DNA of 64,000 nucleotides, from contig CAZQWS010000003.1 in the NCBI GenBank assembly GCA_964597355.1, positions 15,301 through 79,300 of the forward strand. Direction: 5' to 3'. The translations under genes were made by a program, and so were the position numbers. The notes under the pieces were generated by a model. The model was not told the origin of the DNA, ran no database searches, and was given only the letters and a program-made list of their open reading frames with translations. Source of the stretch: an uncultured Bdellovibrionales bacterium. GTDB taxonomy: Bacteria; Patescibacteriota; Minisyncoccia; Moranbacterales; UBA1568. Shown here piece by piece: positions 1-9,563 of the stretch. Each line of letters opens with the position of its first letter. Positions within the stretch are counted from its first letter, which is position 1.

Positions 1-938
1 GTATGAGCCACTTCATAGGCGTTCAGGCGCTGTTCGTCGTTGGCCGCCGTAGGCAATGGGACGAGAATACTTGGCTTCTTGAGCGCGGCAAGCTCAGTTA
101 TACTCCCTGCTCCTGCGCGAGCGATCACTACATCCGCCGCAGCATAGGCCCGACCCATATCAGGCACGTCAAGAAAGGGTACCGGTCGATACTGTGCGTT
201 GTCTTCACTGACGCCTTTTTCGAGCGCGAGTTTTCGCACTTCTTCCATATGTGTTTCGCCCACTAGATGCAGCACCTGTATTCCCCGTTCGAGTAACTCA
301 GGCAAAGTCTTGATAATGAGATGGTTGAGCGCTCGTGCCCCAAGACTCCCACCCATCACCATGACGAGCGGCCGCGCTGGATCAAATCGAAAGTATGCGC
401 GTGACTCTGCCGGATCCGCTCCGAAAATTTCCGTCCGCACGGGATTACCCGTCAACATCACTTTAGCTGGAGGGAAATACTGACGCGCCCGTTCATAAGC
501 GATCGCAATCCGCCGAGCAAAGCGTGAAACGAAACGATTGGCTCGACCAGCCACCGCGTCGGAGTCATGCATCAGGATAGGAATACGGTAGACAAACGCT
601 GCAATAGCAATCGGTACCGAAGCCGCTCCTCCTTTGGAAAAGATTGCGTCTGGCATAAACCACAAGAGATGCCACAGCGCCTGGAGACAAGCCAACGGAA
701 ACTTGAAGAAATCAATAACATTCAACAACGAAAAATAGCGGCGCCACTTGGCCGTCAAAAGAAACTTCGCTCGAATCCCCTCTGTAGCCATCGCATCTTT
801 TTCAAACGGACCACGCGATCCCAGAAACAGAAATTCCACGTCCCCCTGAGTCAGGTTACGAATTTCGCGCGACACCGCCACAAGAGGAAAGGTATGCCCT
901 CCCGAAAGGCCGCCAGTAAGTACAATGCGTTTAGCCAT
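1..938 (-). CDS. murG: UDP-N-acetylglucosamine--N-acetylmuramyl-(pentapeptide) pyrophosphoryl-undecaprenol N-acetylglucosamine transferase MurG (5' part; 3' end runs off window)
   Basis: Reverse-complement of 900-938 reads ATG GCT AAA CGC ATT GTA CTT ACT GGC GGC = MAKRIVLTGG (MurG N-terminal G-rich loop). Minus-strand ORF is open to position 1 and is absent from the track only because it has no stop in the window. Sits next to ftsW. Confidence 0.75.
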   Translation of the reverse strand, partial: MAKRIVLTGGLSGGHTFPLVAVSREIRNLTQGDVEFLFLGSRGPFEKDAMATEGIRAKFLLTAKWRRYFSLLNVIDFFKFPLACLQALWHLLWFMPDAIFSKGGAASVPIAIAAFVYRIPILMHDSDAVAGRANRFVSRFARRIAIAYERARQYFPPAKVMLTGNPVRTEIFGADPAESRAYFRFDPARPLVMVMGGSLGARALNHLIIKTLPELLERGIQVLHLVGETHMEEVRKLALEKGVSEDNAQYRPVPFLDVPDMGRAYAAADVVIARAGAGSITELAALKKPSILVPLPTAANDEQRLNAYEVAH

Positions 939-1008
939 AGTTCAGTAAGCAATAAACAACAAACAGAGAATAAAAACTATCCACTTCTTCCTCCTTACTC
1001 CTACATTT

Positions 1009-2133
1009 TCACTTCTCTCTCAGTGTAGAGTGGCGGCTCACATTGAGCAAGATACCGATCGCCGCCATGAGAATGGCAAGAGAAGTCCCACCGAAACTGA
1101 TAAAGGGAAGTGGGATTCCGGTAAGCGGGATCAGTCCGGAAATAGCAGCAATATTGATAAACGCCTGACAGACCACCCAGGCAGTAATACCCGTCGCCAG
1201 AAGTTTGGCGAACATATCTGGCGCCTCTCTCGCGATAAGCATGCCTCGCCACAAGAAAGCCGTAAAGAGTGCCAAGACAAACGCTACGCCCAGTAATCCA
1301 GTTTCTTCTGACAGTACCGCGAAGATAGAGTCAGTGACTGGTTCGGGAAGATAGTTAAACTTCTGGCGACTATGACCCAGTCCTACCCCAAATAGTCCGC
1401 CCGAACCGATGGCGAGAAGTGCCTGCGTCATCTGATATCCAGCTCCCAATGGATCATGCTCTGGATTGAGAAAGACGAGAAACCGCTGCATTCGGTACGG
1501 AGCAATCCTGATAAGCACCGCAAGAAAAACGAGAGCTCCAAAAAACAGCGAAAAAAGATGCATGATACTCGCGCCAGAAGCGAAAAAAATAGTCATTGAA
1601 ACACAAAAAATAAGCCCAAGCGTTCCGGTATCGGGCTGTTTGATAATGAGAAATCCCACCACCATGAGAATCACCAGGAAGGGTAGGAACCCCTGGTAAA
1701 AGTCTTTGGCCTGTCGTTCGCCTTTGGTAGAAAGCCACGCTGCCAAATAAAGTACAATCGCAAGCTTCATCACTTCTGATGGTTGGAAAGAAATCGGGCC
1801 GAGATCTACCCAACGAGCCGCTCCATAAACAGTCGTCCCAAAGCCTGGAATAAATACCAGGATTAAGAGGCTCATGGCCGTCAGAAAAATTGGCATCACG
1901 AGCCGGCGCCACAGCATATAGGGAATACGCTCGCAGATGAGGAGAAGGATAGTACCCGCCCCAAGGCCAATCAGTTGCTGCTTGAAAAAATAATATGGAT
2001 CATCAAAGCGGACATTGCCGTAAGATACTCCGGCGCTCGCGATAGCCGTAAGCCCTGTACCAATCAAGAGAAAGAGAATGAGTTTAACGACCCGATCGCT
2101 TTCTCCCAGTTTTGTTTTAGTCGTGAGACGCAT
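1009..2133 (-). CDS. ftsW: SEDS-family peptidoglycan glycosyltransferase FtsW/RodA
   Basis: Polytopic membrane protein with the C-terminal SEDS signature '[20 protein letters not shown]'. Start moved to the ATG at 2131-2133 (MRLTTKTK), giving a 17-nt overlap with trmD. Context murG-ftsW. Confidence 0.75.
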   Translation of the reverse strand: MRLTTKTKLGESDRVVKLILFLLIGTGLTAIASAGVSYGNVRFDDPYYFFKQQLIGLGAGTILLLICERIPYMLWRRLVMPIFLTAMSLLILVFIPGFGTTVYGAARWVDLGPISFQPSEVMKLAIVLYLAAWLSTKGERQAKDFYQGFLPFLVILMVVGFLIIKQPDTGTLGLIFCVSMTIFFASGASIMHLFSLFFGALVFLAVLIRIAPYRMQRFLVFLNPEHDPLGAGYQMTQALLAIGSGGLFGVGLGHSRQKFNYLPEPVTDSIFAVLSEETGLLGVAFVLALFTAFLWRGMLIAREAPDMFAKLLATGITAWVVCQAFINIAAISGLIPLTGIPLPFISFGGTSLAILMAAIGILLNVSRHSTLREK

Positions 2134-2797
2134 GATCGTCTTGGTTTTGTTTTTGAGCTTTGGTCGTTCGCCACTTTTCAATTTCTGCGTGATGGCCGGA
2201 AAGCAGCACCGGTGGCACCGCCCAATCCCGATAAACCTCCGGCTTCGTATACTGAGGATACTCCAATGTCTCGCCGTCACTAAATGATTCGGTAAGCGCA
2301 CTAGTTTCATTGCCAAGTACTCCAGGAATAAGCCGCGCTACCGCATCGACGACTATCATGGCGGGAAGTTCTCCTCCGGTTAGCACGAAATCTCCGATAG
2401 ACAATTCTTCATCGGCAATACGCTCGGCTACCCGTTCATCCACCCCCTCGTACCGGCCACAAAGAAGTATCAGTCGATCGTATTCAGTGAGACGCTTGAC
2501 ATCTCCTTGGACAAAACGCTTGCCTTTGGCAGACAAGAGGATTACTCGCGTTTTCTTAGCTGGCTCTGCTTCTTTAAGAGCGGTCACCGCCAGATCAAAC
2601 GGCTCTACTTTCATCACCATCCCAGCCCCGCCGCCATAGGGTGTATCATCAGTGAGATGATGTTTATCAGTCGTCCAATTACGCAATTGATGTAAATAAA
2701 TACCTATTTTCCCATCCTTTTGGGCGCGTTTTAAAATCGAGGCTTGGGTATAACTCTCTAAGCTTTCTGGAAAAATGGAAATAATATCAAAACGCAT
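2117..2797 (-). CDS. trmD: tRNA (guanine37-N1)-methyltransferase TrmD
   Basis: N-terminus '[11 protein letters not shown]' and the '[14 protein letters not shown]' / '[13 protein letters not shown]' motifs are classic TrmD. ATG at 2795-2797; the track ORF began on an upstream TTG. Confidence 0.85.
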   Translation of the reverse strand: MRFDIISIFPESLESYTQASILKRAQKDGKIGIYLHQLRNWTTDKHHLTDDTPYGGGAGMVMKVEPFDLAVTALKEAEPAKKTRVILLSAKGKRFVQGDVKRLTEYDRLILLCGRYEGVDERVAERIADEELSIGDFVLTGGELPAMIVVDAVARLIPGVLGNETSALTESFSDGETLEYPQYTKPEVYRDWAVPPVLLSGHHAEIEKWRTTKAQKQNQDDHASHD

Positions 2798-2929
2798 ACA
2801 CAAAATAAAGGCTCAACCACCCATAGTAAGCTCAGAGCTATTTTAGCATGTTTCCCGATAAAAAATTGGCCACGGAAGAGAAAGAAGGTTGGGCACACTC
2901 AACTCCTCTCTCGCTTCCGAGGCTAAAGT

Positions 2930-4309
2930 TTATTCTTCTGTTGTTATGTATTTGTCTCCTTTACTCAAAATGAACGGGCGATTGAGTTTGAGTTCGTATG
3001 TTTCTGTGCCGCTATCCCGAAGTACTGTGACTGTTATCGGCATATCATTCACACCTGGCTGCTTCTCGATTTTGAGATCATACTCATCAGCTTTCACCGT
3101 TTCCGGCAAGCGATATTCCCAGGTCACTTGTTTGGTTGTACCAAGTGGGACATGGACAAGGGCTCCAAAATATTTCTTGCCAAGTTCGCTACCAAAAACG
3201 GCCGGCTTGAAGTTTCCAGTAACTTTTTCCAACCAACTTCCTTCGGGTACATACAGCCGTGAAAAAGTCTGGTAATCACGCGTCATATAGTCTTTTTGCG
3301 TAGCGGTATGTTCGTACGTCACCACAACCTTGGCCTTCTTGGCATCACCACGAAGGTCAAGTGTATAATTAACTGAACGTCGCATCCGATAGTCGCTTTT
3401 CAAGGCATTCAGGTTGGAATCGACCAGCATGAGATAATCATCCTCCCATTTTGTATCAAGCTCCCCGCTCCAACCGGCCGTCTTCACTGTCTCCTGCAAG
3501 TCTTCGTCTTTAAAAAGTATTTGGATGTCCTTCTTATGGAGATCATCCAAAACCACCTTGAAGAGTTCGTACTTTTTCGGGATGGAGAGGTCTTTGACCT
3601 TATCGAGAATGATATTCCCTAACTCATGCATAACTTGTTTGCGATCCCCTCGACTAATCCCCTGCTTATAAAACGCCTGTTCTACCTGGTATTCAAGATC
3701 CAAAACACCCGTTTCAGCGTCATATTCCCCTGGATAACCTGGTACCACTACTGGCCCCGTAATCGAAAGAAATGAAGAAAGCACGTTGGTCGTAATACCG
3801 ATCACGCCATCAAACTCCTCTTTTCCTTCACCCATATGATAAAAATCTTCAGCCGCTTTGGCATTGACCGCCCAATCAGGCGAAACATTTGAGTCACGCA
3901 ACTTGAGCGTCCGCACGCCGAGCGTTTCAGACAATGGATACGGTGCCGGTACGGTATCCGGAATCCTCCCATCGAAGTTAATCACATCATGCGAACTAAA
4001 TTCCGTGACTTCGCCATCGTTCACTTTGAGAATACCAAAAGAACCGATGAAGCCACCACCGGGCCGGAGTTCCATATTATTTTGAAACAAGACCAGAAAT
4101 ACTTTTTCCTCGCCACGCGTATCGTAGAAATGTCCGGCTATTTTGGCGATCGTTTTGAGGTCACCCTGCATTTCTTCAGAAAAAGGCAGGATATTTGAAA
4201 TGTCCGTCAATGAATCCAGTCGGCTGGAGCGAGTTTCCCAGTAAAAATACCAAGCTCCCAAAAAGAGCGCGCTCACCAATATAAATCCGGTCCAGAATTT
4301 CCATGTCAT
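2930..4309 (-). CDS. DUF4012-like membrane-anchored protein (paralog of 60860..62956)
   Basis: N-terminal TM helix after the ATG at 4307-4309. Motif 'NNMELRPGGGFIGSFGIL' is shared with the second copy ('NNHELRPTGGFIGSYALL'). I recall this motif from DUF4012 proteins but cannot confirm it here. Confidence 0.55.
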   Translation of the reverse strand: MTWKFWTGFILVSALFLGAWYFYWETRSSRLDSLTDISNILPFSEEMQGDLKTIAKIAGHFYDTRGEEKVFLVLFQNNMELRPGGGFIGSFGILKVNDGEVTEFSSHDVINFDGRIPDTVPAPYPLSETLGVRTLKLRDSNVSPDWAVNAKAAEDFYHMGEGKEEFDGVIGITTNVLSSFLSITGPVVVPGYPGEYDAETGVLDLEYQVEQAFYKQGISRGDRKQVMHELGNIILDKVKDLSIPKKYELFKVVLDDLHKKDIQILFKDEDLQETVKTAGWSGELDTKWEDDYLMLVDSNLNALKSDYRMRRSVNYTLDLRGDAKKAKVVVTYEHTATQKDYMTRDYQTFSRLYVPEGSWLEKVTGNFKPAVFGSELGKKYFGALVHVPLGTTKQVTWEYRLPETVKADEYDLKIEKQPGVNDMPITVTVLRDSGTETYELKLNRPFILSKGDKYITTEE

Positions 4310-4380
4310 AAAAACAATCAACAGTAAACAATAAACAGGAGACCGTTATCTTCCTCACTCTAAAAACGTTGCAACCTCTC

Positions 4381-5490
4381 TTACAGTCTACCAGACAATA
4401 GCTCATTAAGACGGCGTTTGTATTCTGCTTGGGTTGGTTCAGCTGTTCTGAGTTCTTCCACGGCAGTCGGTGTACCAAGTACTGCTTCCGCCTGCGTCGC
4501 TTGGAATGCTGCCGTGGCATCGATATCAGCTTTGTAAAGCCGCGCGGTGGCTGCTTCGAGCGGCGACAAATCATCAGCGATCGGGAGATTGTCCGGCGCT
4601 GGACCCGTAGCCACGCCGTGCTGTGTGGGCATAGTCTCTGATGTTTCTTCTTCAAACACCTGAGTATCGGCCATTGTTTCCTTTTCGGTCGCGTCGGATT
4701 CTTCTGGCCAAGCCTCGATTACATCCACTGGATTGGGATCAGAAAAAGTTTCTTCATATGCGTAAGTCTCAGGCTGTTCACCTGTTGCTGGCGTTGGTTC
4801 AATCTCGAGTGGCGTATCGACTTGAGCGGCTGCTTCACGTTGCGACCAATACGGAGGGACTACTTTGGGACGAAATGTTTCAGGAGAAATGTGATATGGC
4901 TTCTGGAACGTCTGTCGAGTAGCTCGACGGGAAAAAATTCGCTCGAGCAAAGAGAGCACAAGGAAGAACGCAAGCGTCACGCCAAAGCCTGAACCGACAC
5001 TAGTTCCGATAAACCAGGTCCACGAGCTCACCCGCGTTTCAAACCATGGGCCATCAATCACGCGGAGATCAAGCTCTGATTCAAAACTGTAGAATTGACT
5101 CAGTTGATGTACAAGCTCTTTAGTGAGTAGTTCCAATACTTGCTTGGCCTCGTCTCGAGTTTCAAGCATCGCCGTGACCTCAAGCAAGCTGCTTCCAGAA
5201 ACGACTTCCGCCTCAATATGTTTGGCCCAGCCATTGCCCTCCAAAACCGTCCAATCAACCATCATTGCCCGCTCCGCTCCTTGGGCAAGGACGCGCTTTT
5301 CAAATGATTCAGTAAAGAGTACGTTTTTGGCATTTGCTGGAGCTACAATCGCTGTCTCCGTCTTTGGCAAGATAAGCAAGGAAATATGTCCTTGTGTATG
5401 ACGAAAACTCCCAAGCCAGAAAAGACCTGAAGCGATCGTAAGGGCGACGAATGTTACCCAGAAATATGTGGAGAGAAAGTTACGCAACAT
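4381..5490 (-). CDS. hypothetical bitopic membrane protein (Wzz/PCP-like topology) with acidic disordered C-terminus
   Basis: ATG at 5488-5490. TM near the N-terminus and a second TM around residue 165-185, with an exported domain between them. C-terminal region is rich in E/T/P/A. Flanked by DUF4012 and GT4 genes. Confidence 0.35.
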   Translation of the reverse strand: MLRNFLSTYFWVTFVALTIASGLFWLGSFRHTQGHISLLILPKTETAIVAPANAKNVLFTESFEKRVLAQGAERAMMVDWTVLEGNGWAKHIEAEVVSGSSLLEVTAMLETRDEAKQVLELLTKELVHQLSQFYSFESELDLRVIDGPWFETRVSSWTWFIGTSVGSGFGVTLAFFLVLSLLERIFSRRATRQTFQKPYHISPETFRPKVVPPYWSQREAAAQVDTPLEIEPTPATGEQPETYAYEETFSDPNPVDVIEAWPEESDATEKETMADTQVFEEETSETMPTQHGVATGPAPDNLPIADDLSPLEAATARLYKADIDATAAFQATQAEAVLGTPTAVEELRTAEPTQAEYKRRLNELLSGRL

Positions 5491-6658
5491 GTTTTGATTC
5501 AAAGTGATAGCGGGCTTCGTAGTCCTTCATTGTCTCACCGTAGAGCTCGACTGTTTTCGCGGCAATTGCTTCCCAGCTATAATGCTCGACCACTCGATCC
5601 TTGGCTTTGACTCCAAGTTTGACGGCCTCTTCTGGTCGATTGATATAGTAAGCCAGTTCTTGTTTCAATCCATCCACGTCTTTGGTAGGGAAGGTAACTC
5701 CTGCACCGCCACGAATCGCCTCGACATTGGCTGGAATGTCAGAAACGATAATCGGCAAGCCAAAGGCCATAGCTTCAAGCAACGCCACCGAAAGACCCTC
5801 ATCTTCAGATGGTTGAACAAACATCCCGGCCTCAGTAAAGAGTGTTGCTAGTGGCGTTCTAGTCAGTTCACCAGTAAAGATAATATTGGATCGGCCAGCA
5901 GCCATGAGCTTGAGATAGGCTTCGTATTCTTTGGTTTCTTTGGTACCCGTATGAGTTCCGACAATCACAAGTTTATAGTTGTTAGGCAGTTTGGTCGTAT
6001 CCTCAAGTTCCATAAACGCCTTGATGAGATACTGAATTCCTTTGTGCCCAACCAAACGGGAAACTGACAAGACATAGTTTCCTGGCCGCAAGCGATACTG
6101 GCTCAGGACAGTTTGATCGTGACAAGGTTCTACCTCGGCTCCATTAGGGATCGCAATTGCTTGAGAACCATAGAAAGACCGTGCATACTTTGCCAGGTGT
6201 TCGCTCACCGCGACGGTCCGCTCAGGAATATGGCAGGTAAAAAACTCCGCTGCCTTAAGACAGAGCTGAGCAAACCATCCCCACTTCTGGTGGAAATAAT
6301 CTCGACTATGAAACGTGGCGATCACCCGCGTGCGCGGGATAAAAATTCGAGGAATAAAAGATAGTATCGATGGCCCAATCGACTGAAAATGAATTACATC
6401 ATACCCCTGAAAAAGAGCGTGTAGCGTCGCGAACAAAGCATGCGAAATAGCATCCAAATGCTTGGTATGAATTGAAGGCAACGAAACAAGCTGCACTCCT
6501 TTGAAAGACTGTTTGTCTCGAGGGGTATAGTGAGGTCGAGTATACACCGTCACCTCATGTCCTAACCGGCGAAGCTCCACCGAGAGTTTCTCAACATGCT
6601 TCTCCACCCCACCAGAGAGCGCAGGGATCCCTTTTTGTCCGATGAAAGCAATTTTCAT
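5480..6658 (-). CDS. glycosyltransferase, GT4 family
   Basis: 'MKIAFIGQKGIPALSGGVEKHV...' N-terminal GT-B fold. C-terminal 'E..GLSVALLEAMAFGLPIIVSDIP' is the GT4 EX7E-type motif. Confidence 0.75.
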   Translation of the reverse strand: MKIAFIGQKGIPALSGGVEKHVEKLSVELRRLGHEVTVYTRPHYTPRDKQSFKGVQLVSLPSIHTKHLDAISHALFATLHALFQGYDVIHFQSIGPSILSFIPRIFIPRTRVIATFHSRDYFHQKWGWFAQLCLKAAEFFTCHIPERTVAVSEHLAKYARSFYGSQAIAIPNGAEVEPCHDQTVLSQYRLRPGNYVLSVSRLVGHKGIQYLIKAFMELEDTTKLPNNYKLVIVGTHTGTKETKEYEAYLKLMAAGRSNIIFTGELTRTPLATLFTEAGMFVQPSEDEGLSVALLEAMAFGLPIIVSDIPANVEAIRGGAGVTFPTKDVDGLKQELAYYINRPEEAVKLGVKAKDRVVEHYSWEAIAAKTVELYGETMKDYEARYHFESKHVA

Positions 6659-6739
6659 ACGTTTTGGGACAGGTAAAAGTTAACTGTGAATACTAGCAAG
6701 AAAAACGATTCTTGTCAACCCACCTGCGAACGCATAAAC

Positions 6740-6964
6740 TCATTCTCCCTTTAGTAAAGCCAAAACCTGGTAGCCTGAGAGAATCCGGAGGCAATGGAAG
6801 AAGTAACCAGGAACTGATCTTGGAAAAGAAGAGACGAGATGGAGATGCTCTTTGAGGTAATCAAAAACTGACTCGATCTTGGTTCGTGTTTTAAGCAACC
6901 AATACTGCCACTTGGTCATAAGATTCCTCTTCTGTTTGGGATGGGGTGGAGCAATGACGATCAT
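6740..6964 (-). pseudogene. C-terminal remnant of a DDE transposase (IS4/IS5-superfamily-like)
   Basis: 75-aa orphan ORF ending '...RTKIESVFDYLKEHLHL...GYQVLALL'. This resembles the conserved C-terminal 'R.KIE.VF..LK' block of IS5/IS1182/IS982-type transposases. No DDE core is present upstream. Confidence 0.4.
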
Positions 6965-7049
6965 CCTCAAGTGAAGAGTTTTAACAATAGAGCGATACGG
7001 GCAGTCTTTGAACCATCTTGGCTACCCCTATTATCCTTAATAGTAGCTT

Positions 7050-7078
7050 TTGTCAAGCCGCCCAACCTCCAGTACAAT
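7050..7078 (+). promoter_or_regulatory. sigma70-like promoter (TTGTCA-17-TACAAT)
   Basis: ttgtca at 7050-7055, a 17-nt spacer, tacaat at 7073-7078. Lies upstream of the 7110 ATG. Confidence 0.35.
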
Positions 7079-7109
7079 AGAGAAGCTGAACAAACACAAA
7101 AAATATTCC

Positions 7110-9215
7110 ATGTCACTCCATACTCTTTTTTCGCCCAAAAGCGTCGCTGTAATCGGAGCTTCCACTCGCCCAGGTTCTGTAGGTAACGACGTCGCAAAAA
7201 ATCTCGCCAAAAGCGATTTTCGTGGCGCAGTCTATTTCGTCAACCCTAAAGGCGGTGAACTCTTTGGCAAGGTTTGTTACCCTTCAATCAGTGCCCTGCC
7301 CGAACCAGTCGAGCTCGTCATTATCATTGTCCCAGCCACGATCGTCCCACACGTACTCAAAGAAGCGGGGGAAAAAATGACCCGGGCTGCCGTAATCATT
7401 TCCGCGGGCTTCCGTGAAACAGGTAGCACTGGCAAAGCTTTAGAAGAAGAGGTTATCGCCATCGCCAAAGAATATCGCATGGAGCTCCTCGGCCCAAACT
7501 GCCTTGGTTTCATTCGTCCTAAAGCTTTCCTCAATGCCTCCTTTGCGTCTACCCTCCCTGTCGACGGCCCTATCGCGTTCTTTTCCCAAAGCGGCGCTCT
7601 CACCAGCGCTTTCCTTGATCTCAGTCATGGTAATCTTGGATTTTCCACTTTCGCCTCAATCGGCAACAAAGCTCTTCTCGATGAAGCAGCTTTTCTCGCT
7701 CATTTCAAGGAGGACACAGCCACCAAAGTTATCGGCTTCTATACCGAAAGTCTCGTCAATGCCCCTCGCCTGATCAAACTCGGTCAAACACTGCTTGCTA
7801 AAAGTAAGCCTGTCATTGCGCTGAAATCAGGCACGACCGAAGCTGGCACCAGCGCCTCGAGTTCACATACGGGTGCCGTAGCCGGAAGCGATGCCGCTTA
7901 TACTGCGCTCTTTCGACAATCCCGCATCACTCGCGCCAAAAACTTTCAAGACCTCCTTGATCTCCTCTCAATCTTTGCGCATAACCCACTCCCAAAGAAC
8001 AATCGAGTCGCTATCGTCACCAACGCTGGTGGATTAGGAGTACTCGCTACCGATGCTTGCATCGAAAACGGACTAACATTGGCTACACTTGATGCAGCTA
8101 CCATTGCTAAACTTCAAAAAATTCTCCCACCGGCCGCCAATAGCCACAATCCAATCGATGTCTTGGGTGATGCTTTGGCCGAGCGCTACGCCCAAGCGCT
8201 CGACATCGTCGCCCAAGACAAACACATTGATCTACTCCTGGTTATCCTCACTCCTCAAACTATGACTGAGGATGAAAAAACAGCTGCGGCCGTTACCGCC
8301 ATTCATAAAAAATATCCCGAACTCCCTATCGCTACTGTGTTCTCGGGAAAAAAGTTAGTTGAAAAAGGTATTCAGGAACTCGAACATGTGGGCATCCCTA
8401 ACTTCCTCTCGCCGGAACGGGCGGCTCGAACCTTGGGCGCTTTGGCTCAAGTAGCGAAATGGCAAACGAGCCAAATAAACGAGGTTATGGCAACGTTTAC
8501 CGATATTGACCAAACACCAGTACAACAAGTACTAGAGACAGCGCGCAGGAACAACACCCTTCAACTCGGTGAGGCACCTGCGACTACTCTTCTTAAAGCC
8601 TATCAATTTCCTTTTCTTTCAAGCCAACTCGTCACTACTCGCGAGCAGGCCATAACTTTCGCCCAGACACTCGGGAAATCGATCGCACTCAAAATCGCTT
8701 CGCCGGATATTATCCATAAATCTGATGTCGGTGGCGTACTACTCGATATAAACCCAGATGAAGCTGATGTTGCCTTCGAGCACCTGATCGACACAGTGCG
8801 ACAGCATGTACCAGAAGCAAGGATCGATGGCGCGATGGCAGTGGAAATGGCTGAGTCAGATGGAATCGAGCTCCTTCTTGGTCTCAAGCAAGAAGCAGGC
8901 TTGGGCACGCTCGTCGTTCTTGGCCTCGGTGGCATCTATGTTGAAGTGTTCAATGACATCAGCATGCGCTTTGCTCCACTTTCGGAAAATGACATTGAAG
9001 AAATGATTGCTGAACTCAGGGCCTATCCACTCCTTGCTGGTACCCGTGGCAAACAACCTATCGACCTTGCAAAGTTAAAAGAATATCTAGCGCGACTGTC
9101 ACAACTTGCGATCGATCATCCAGATATCGCCGAACTTGATATCAATCCGCTCTTGGTTTTCCCCGAAGGCGACCGCTTTCGCATTCTCGATGCCCGCCTC
9201 CGGCTCAATCCATAA
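7110..9215 (+). CDS. acetate--CoA ligase (ADP-forming) / NDP-forming acyl-CoA synthetase, fused alpha+beta
   Basis: CoA-binding Rossmann N-terminus 'KSVAVIGASTRPGSVG', a succinyl-CoA-synthetase-like domain and a C-terminal ATP-grasp. The track ORF starts at a TTG at 7050 inside the promoter, so the start is set to the ATG at 7110 (MSLHTLFSPKS). Confidence 0.7.
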   Translation: MSLHTLFSPKSVAVIGASTRPGSVGNDVAKNLAKSDFRGAVYFVNPKGGELFGKVCYPSISALPEPVELVIIIVPATIVPHVLKEAGEKMTRAAVIISAGFRETGSTGKALEEEVIAIAKEYRMELLGPNCLGFIRPKAFLNASFASTLPVDGPIAFFSQSGALTSAFLDLSHGNLGFSTFASIGNKALLDEAAFLAHFKEDTATKVIGFYTESLVNAPRLIKLGQTLLAKSKPVIALKSGTTEAGTSASSSHTGAVAGSDAAYTALFRQSRITRAKNFQDLLDLLSIFAHNPLPKNNRVAIVTNAGGLGVLATDACIENGLTLATLDAATIAKLQKILPPAANSHNPIDVLGDALAERYAQALDIVAQDKHIDLLLVILTPQTMTEDEKTAAAVTAIHKKYPELPIATVFSGKKLVEKGIQELEHVGIPNFLSPERAARTLGALAQVAKWQTSQINEVMATFTDIDQTPVQQVLETARRNNTLQLGEAPATTLLKAYQFPFLSSQLVTTREQAITFAQTLGKSIALKIASPDIIHKSDVGGVLLDINPDEADVAFEHLIDTVRQHVPEARIDGAMAVEMAESDGIELLLGLKQEAGLGTLVVLGLGGIYVEVFNDISMRFAPLSENDIEEMIAELRAYPLLAGTRGKQPIDLAKLKEYLARLSQLAIDHPDIAELDINPLLVFPEGDRFRILDARLRLNP

Positions 9216-9228
9216 AAACGTTTTAAAA

Positions 9229-9272
9229 AAATTGAAGGGCGAGACCTGGTTTTCCGAGTCCGCCCTTTTTTG
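9229..9272. terminator. hairpin plus T-tract between convergent genes
   Basis: 'aagggcgagacctggttttccgagtccgcccttttttg': a GC stem (gggcg/cgccc) followed by T6. Sits between the end of 7110..9215(+) and the end of 9287..9580(-). Confidence 0.4.
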
Positions 9273-9286
9273 ATCGATTCACTTCC

Positions 9287-9511
9287 TTAGACGAGGCGTT
9301 TGAGAACATCCTCAGTAAGAGGCTCACGGAAAAGATGAGGGTTATCATACTGGAGCAGGGCATCGTAACCAACCACGACCATTAGTACTGCAAACAAGAG
9401 TAGTACAACGCTCCAGCCGATCCAATTGATTGAACGGTCATGTTGCCTTTGCCGCTTCTTATGCGACGTGGAACAAAAACGCTCACCTTGCGATTTTGAC
9501 TTCTGAAACAT
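9287..9511 (-). CDS. hypothetical small single-TM protein
   Basis: ORF 9287..9580. A plausible start is MFQKSK at 9511. One hydrophobic helix 'IGWSVVLLLFAVLMVVVGY'. No recognisable domain. Confidence 0.25.
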   Translation of the reverse strand: MFQKSKSQGERFCSTSHKKRQRQHDRSINWIGWSVVLLLFAVLMVVVGYDALLQYDNPHLFREPLTEDVLKRLV

Positions 9512-9563
9512 GCGACTCCCTTCAGATAAGCTAAAGTAAAAACACGCGCGTATTGTCGTACTT

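Noticed and set aside
199-1028. Plus-strand ORFs 199..483 and 567..1028
   Set aside because: Antisense to the murG coding sequence, which is verified by the MAKRIVLTGG start at 938.
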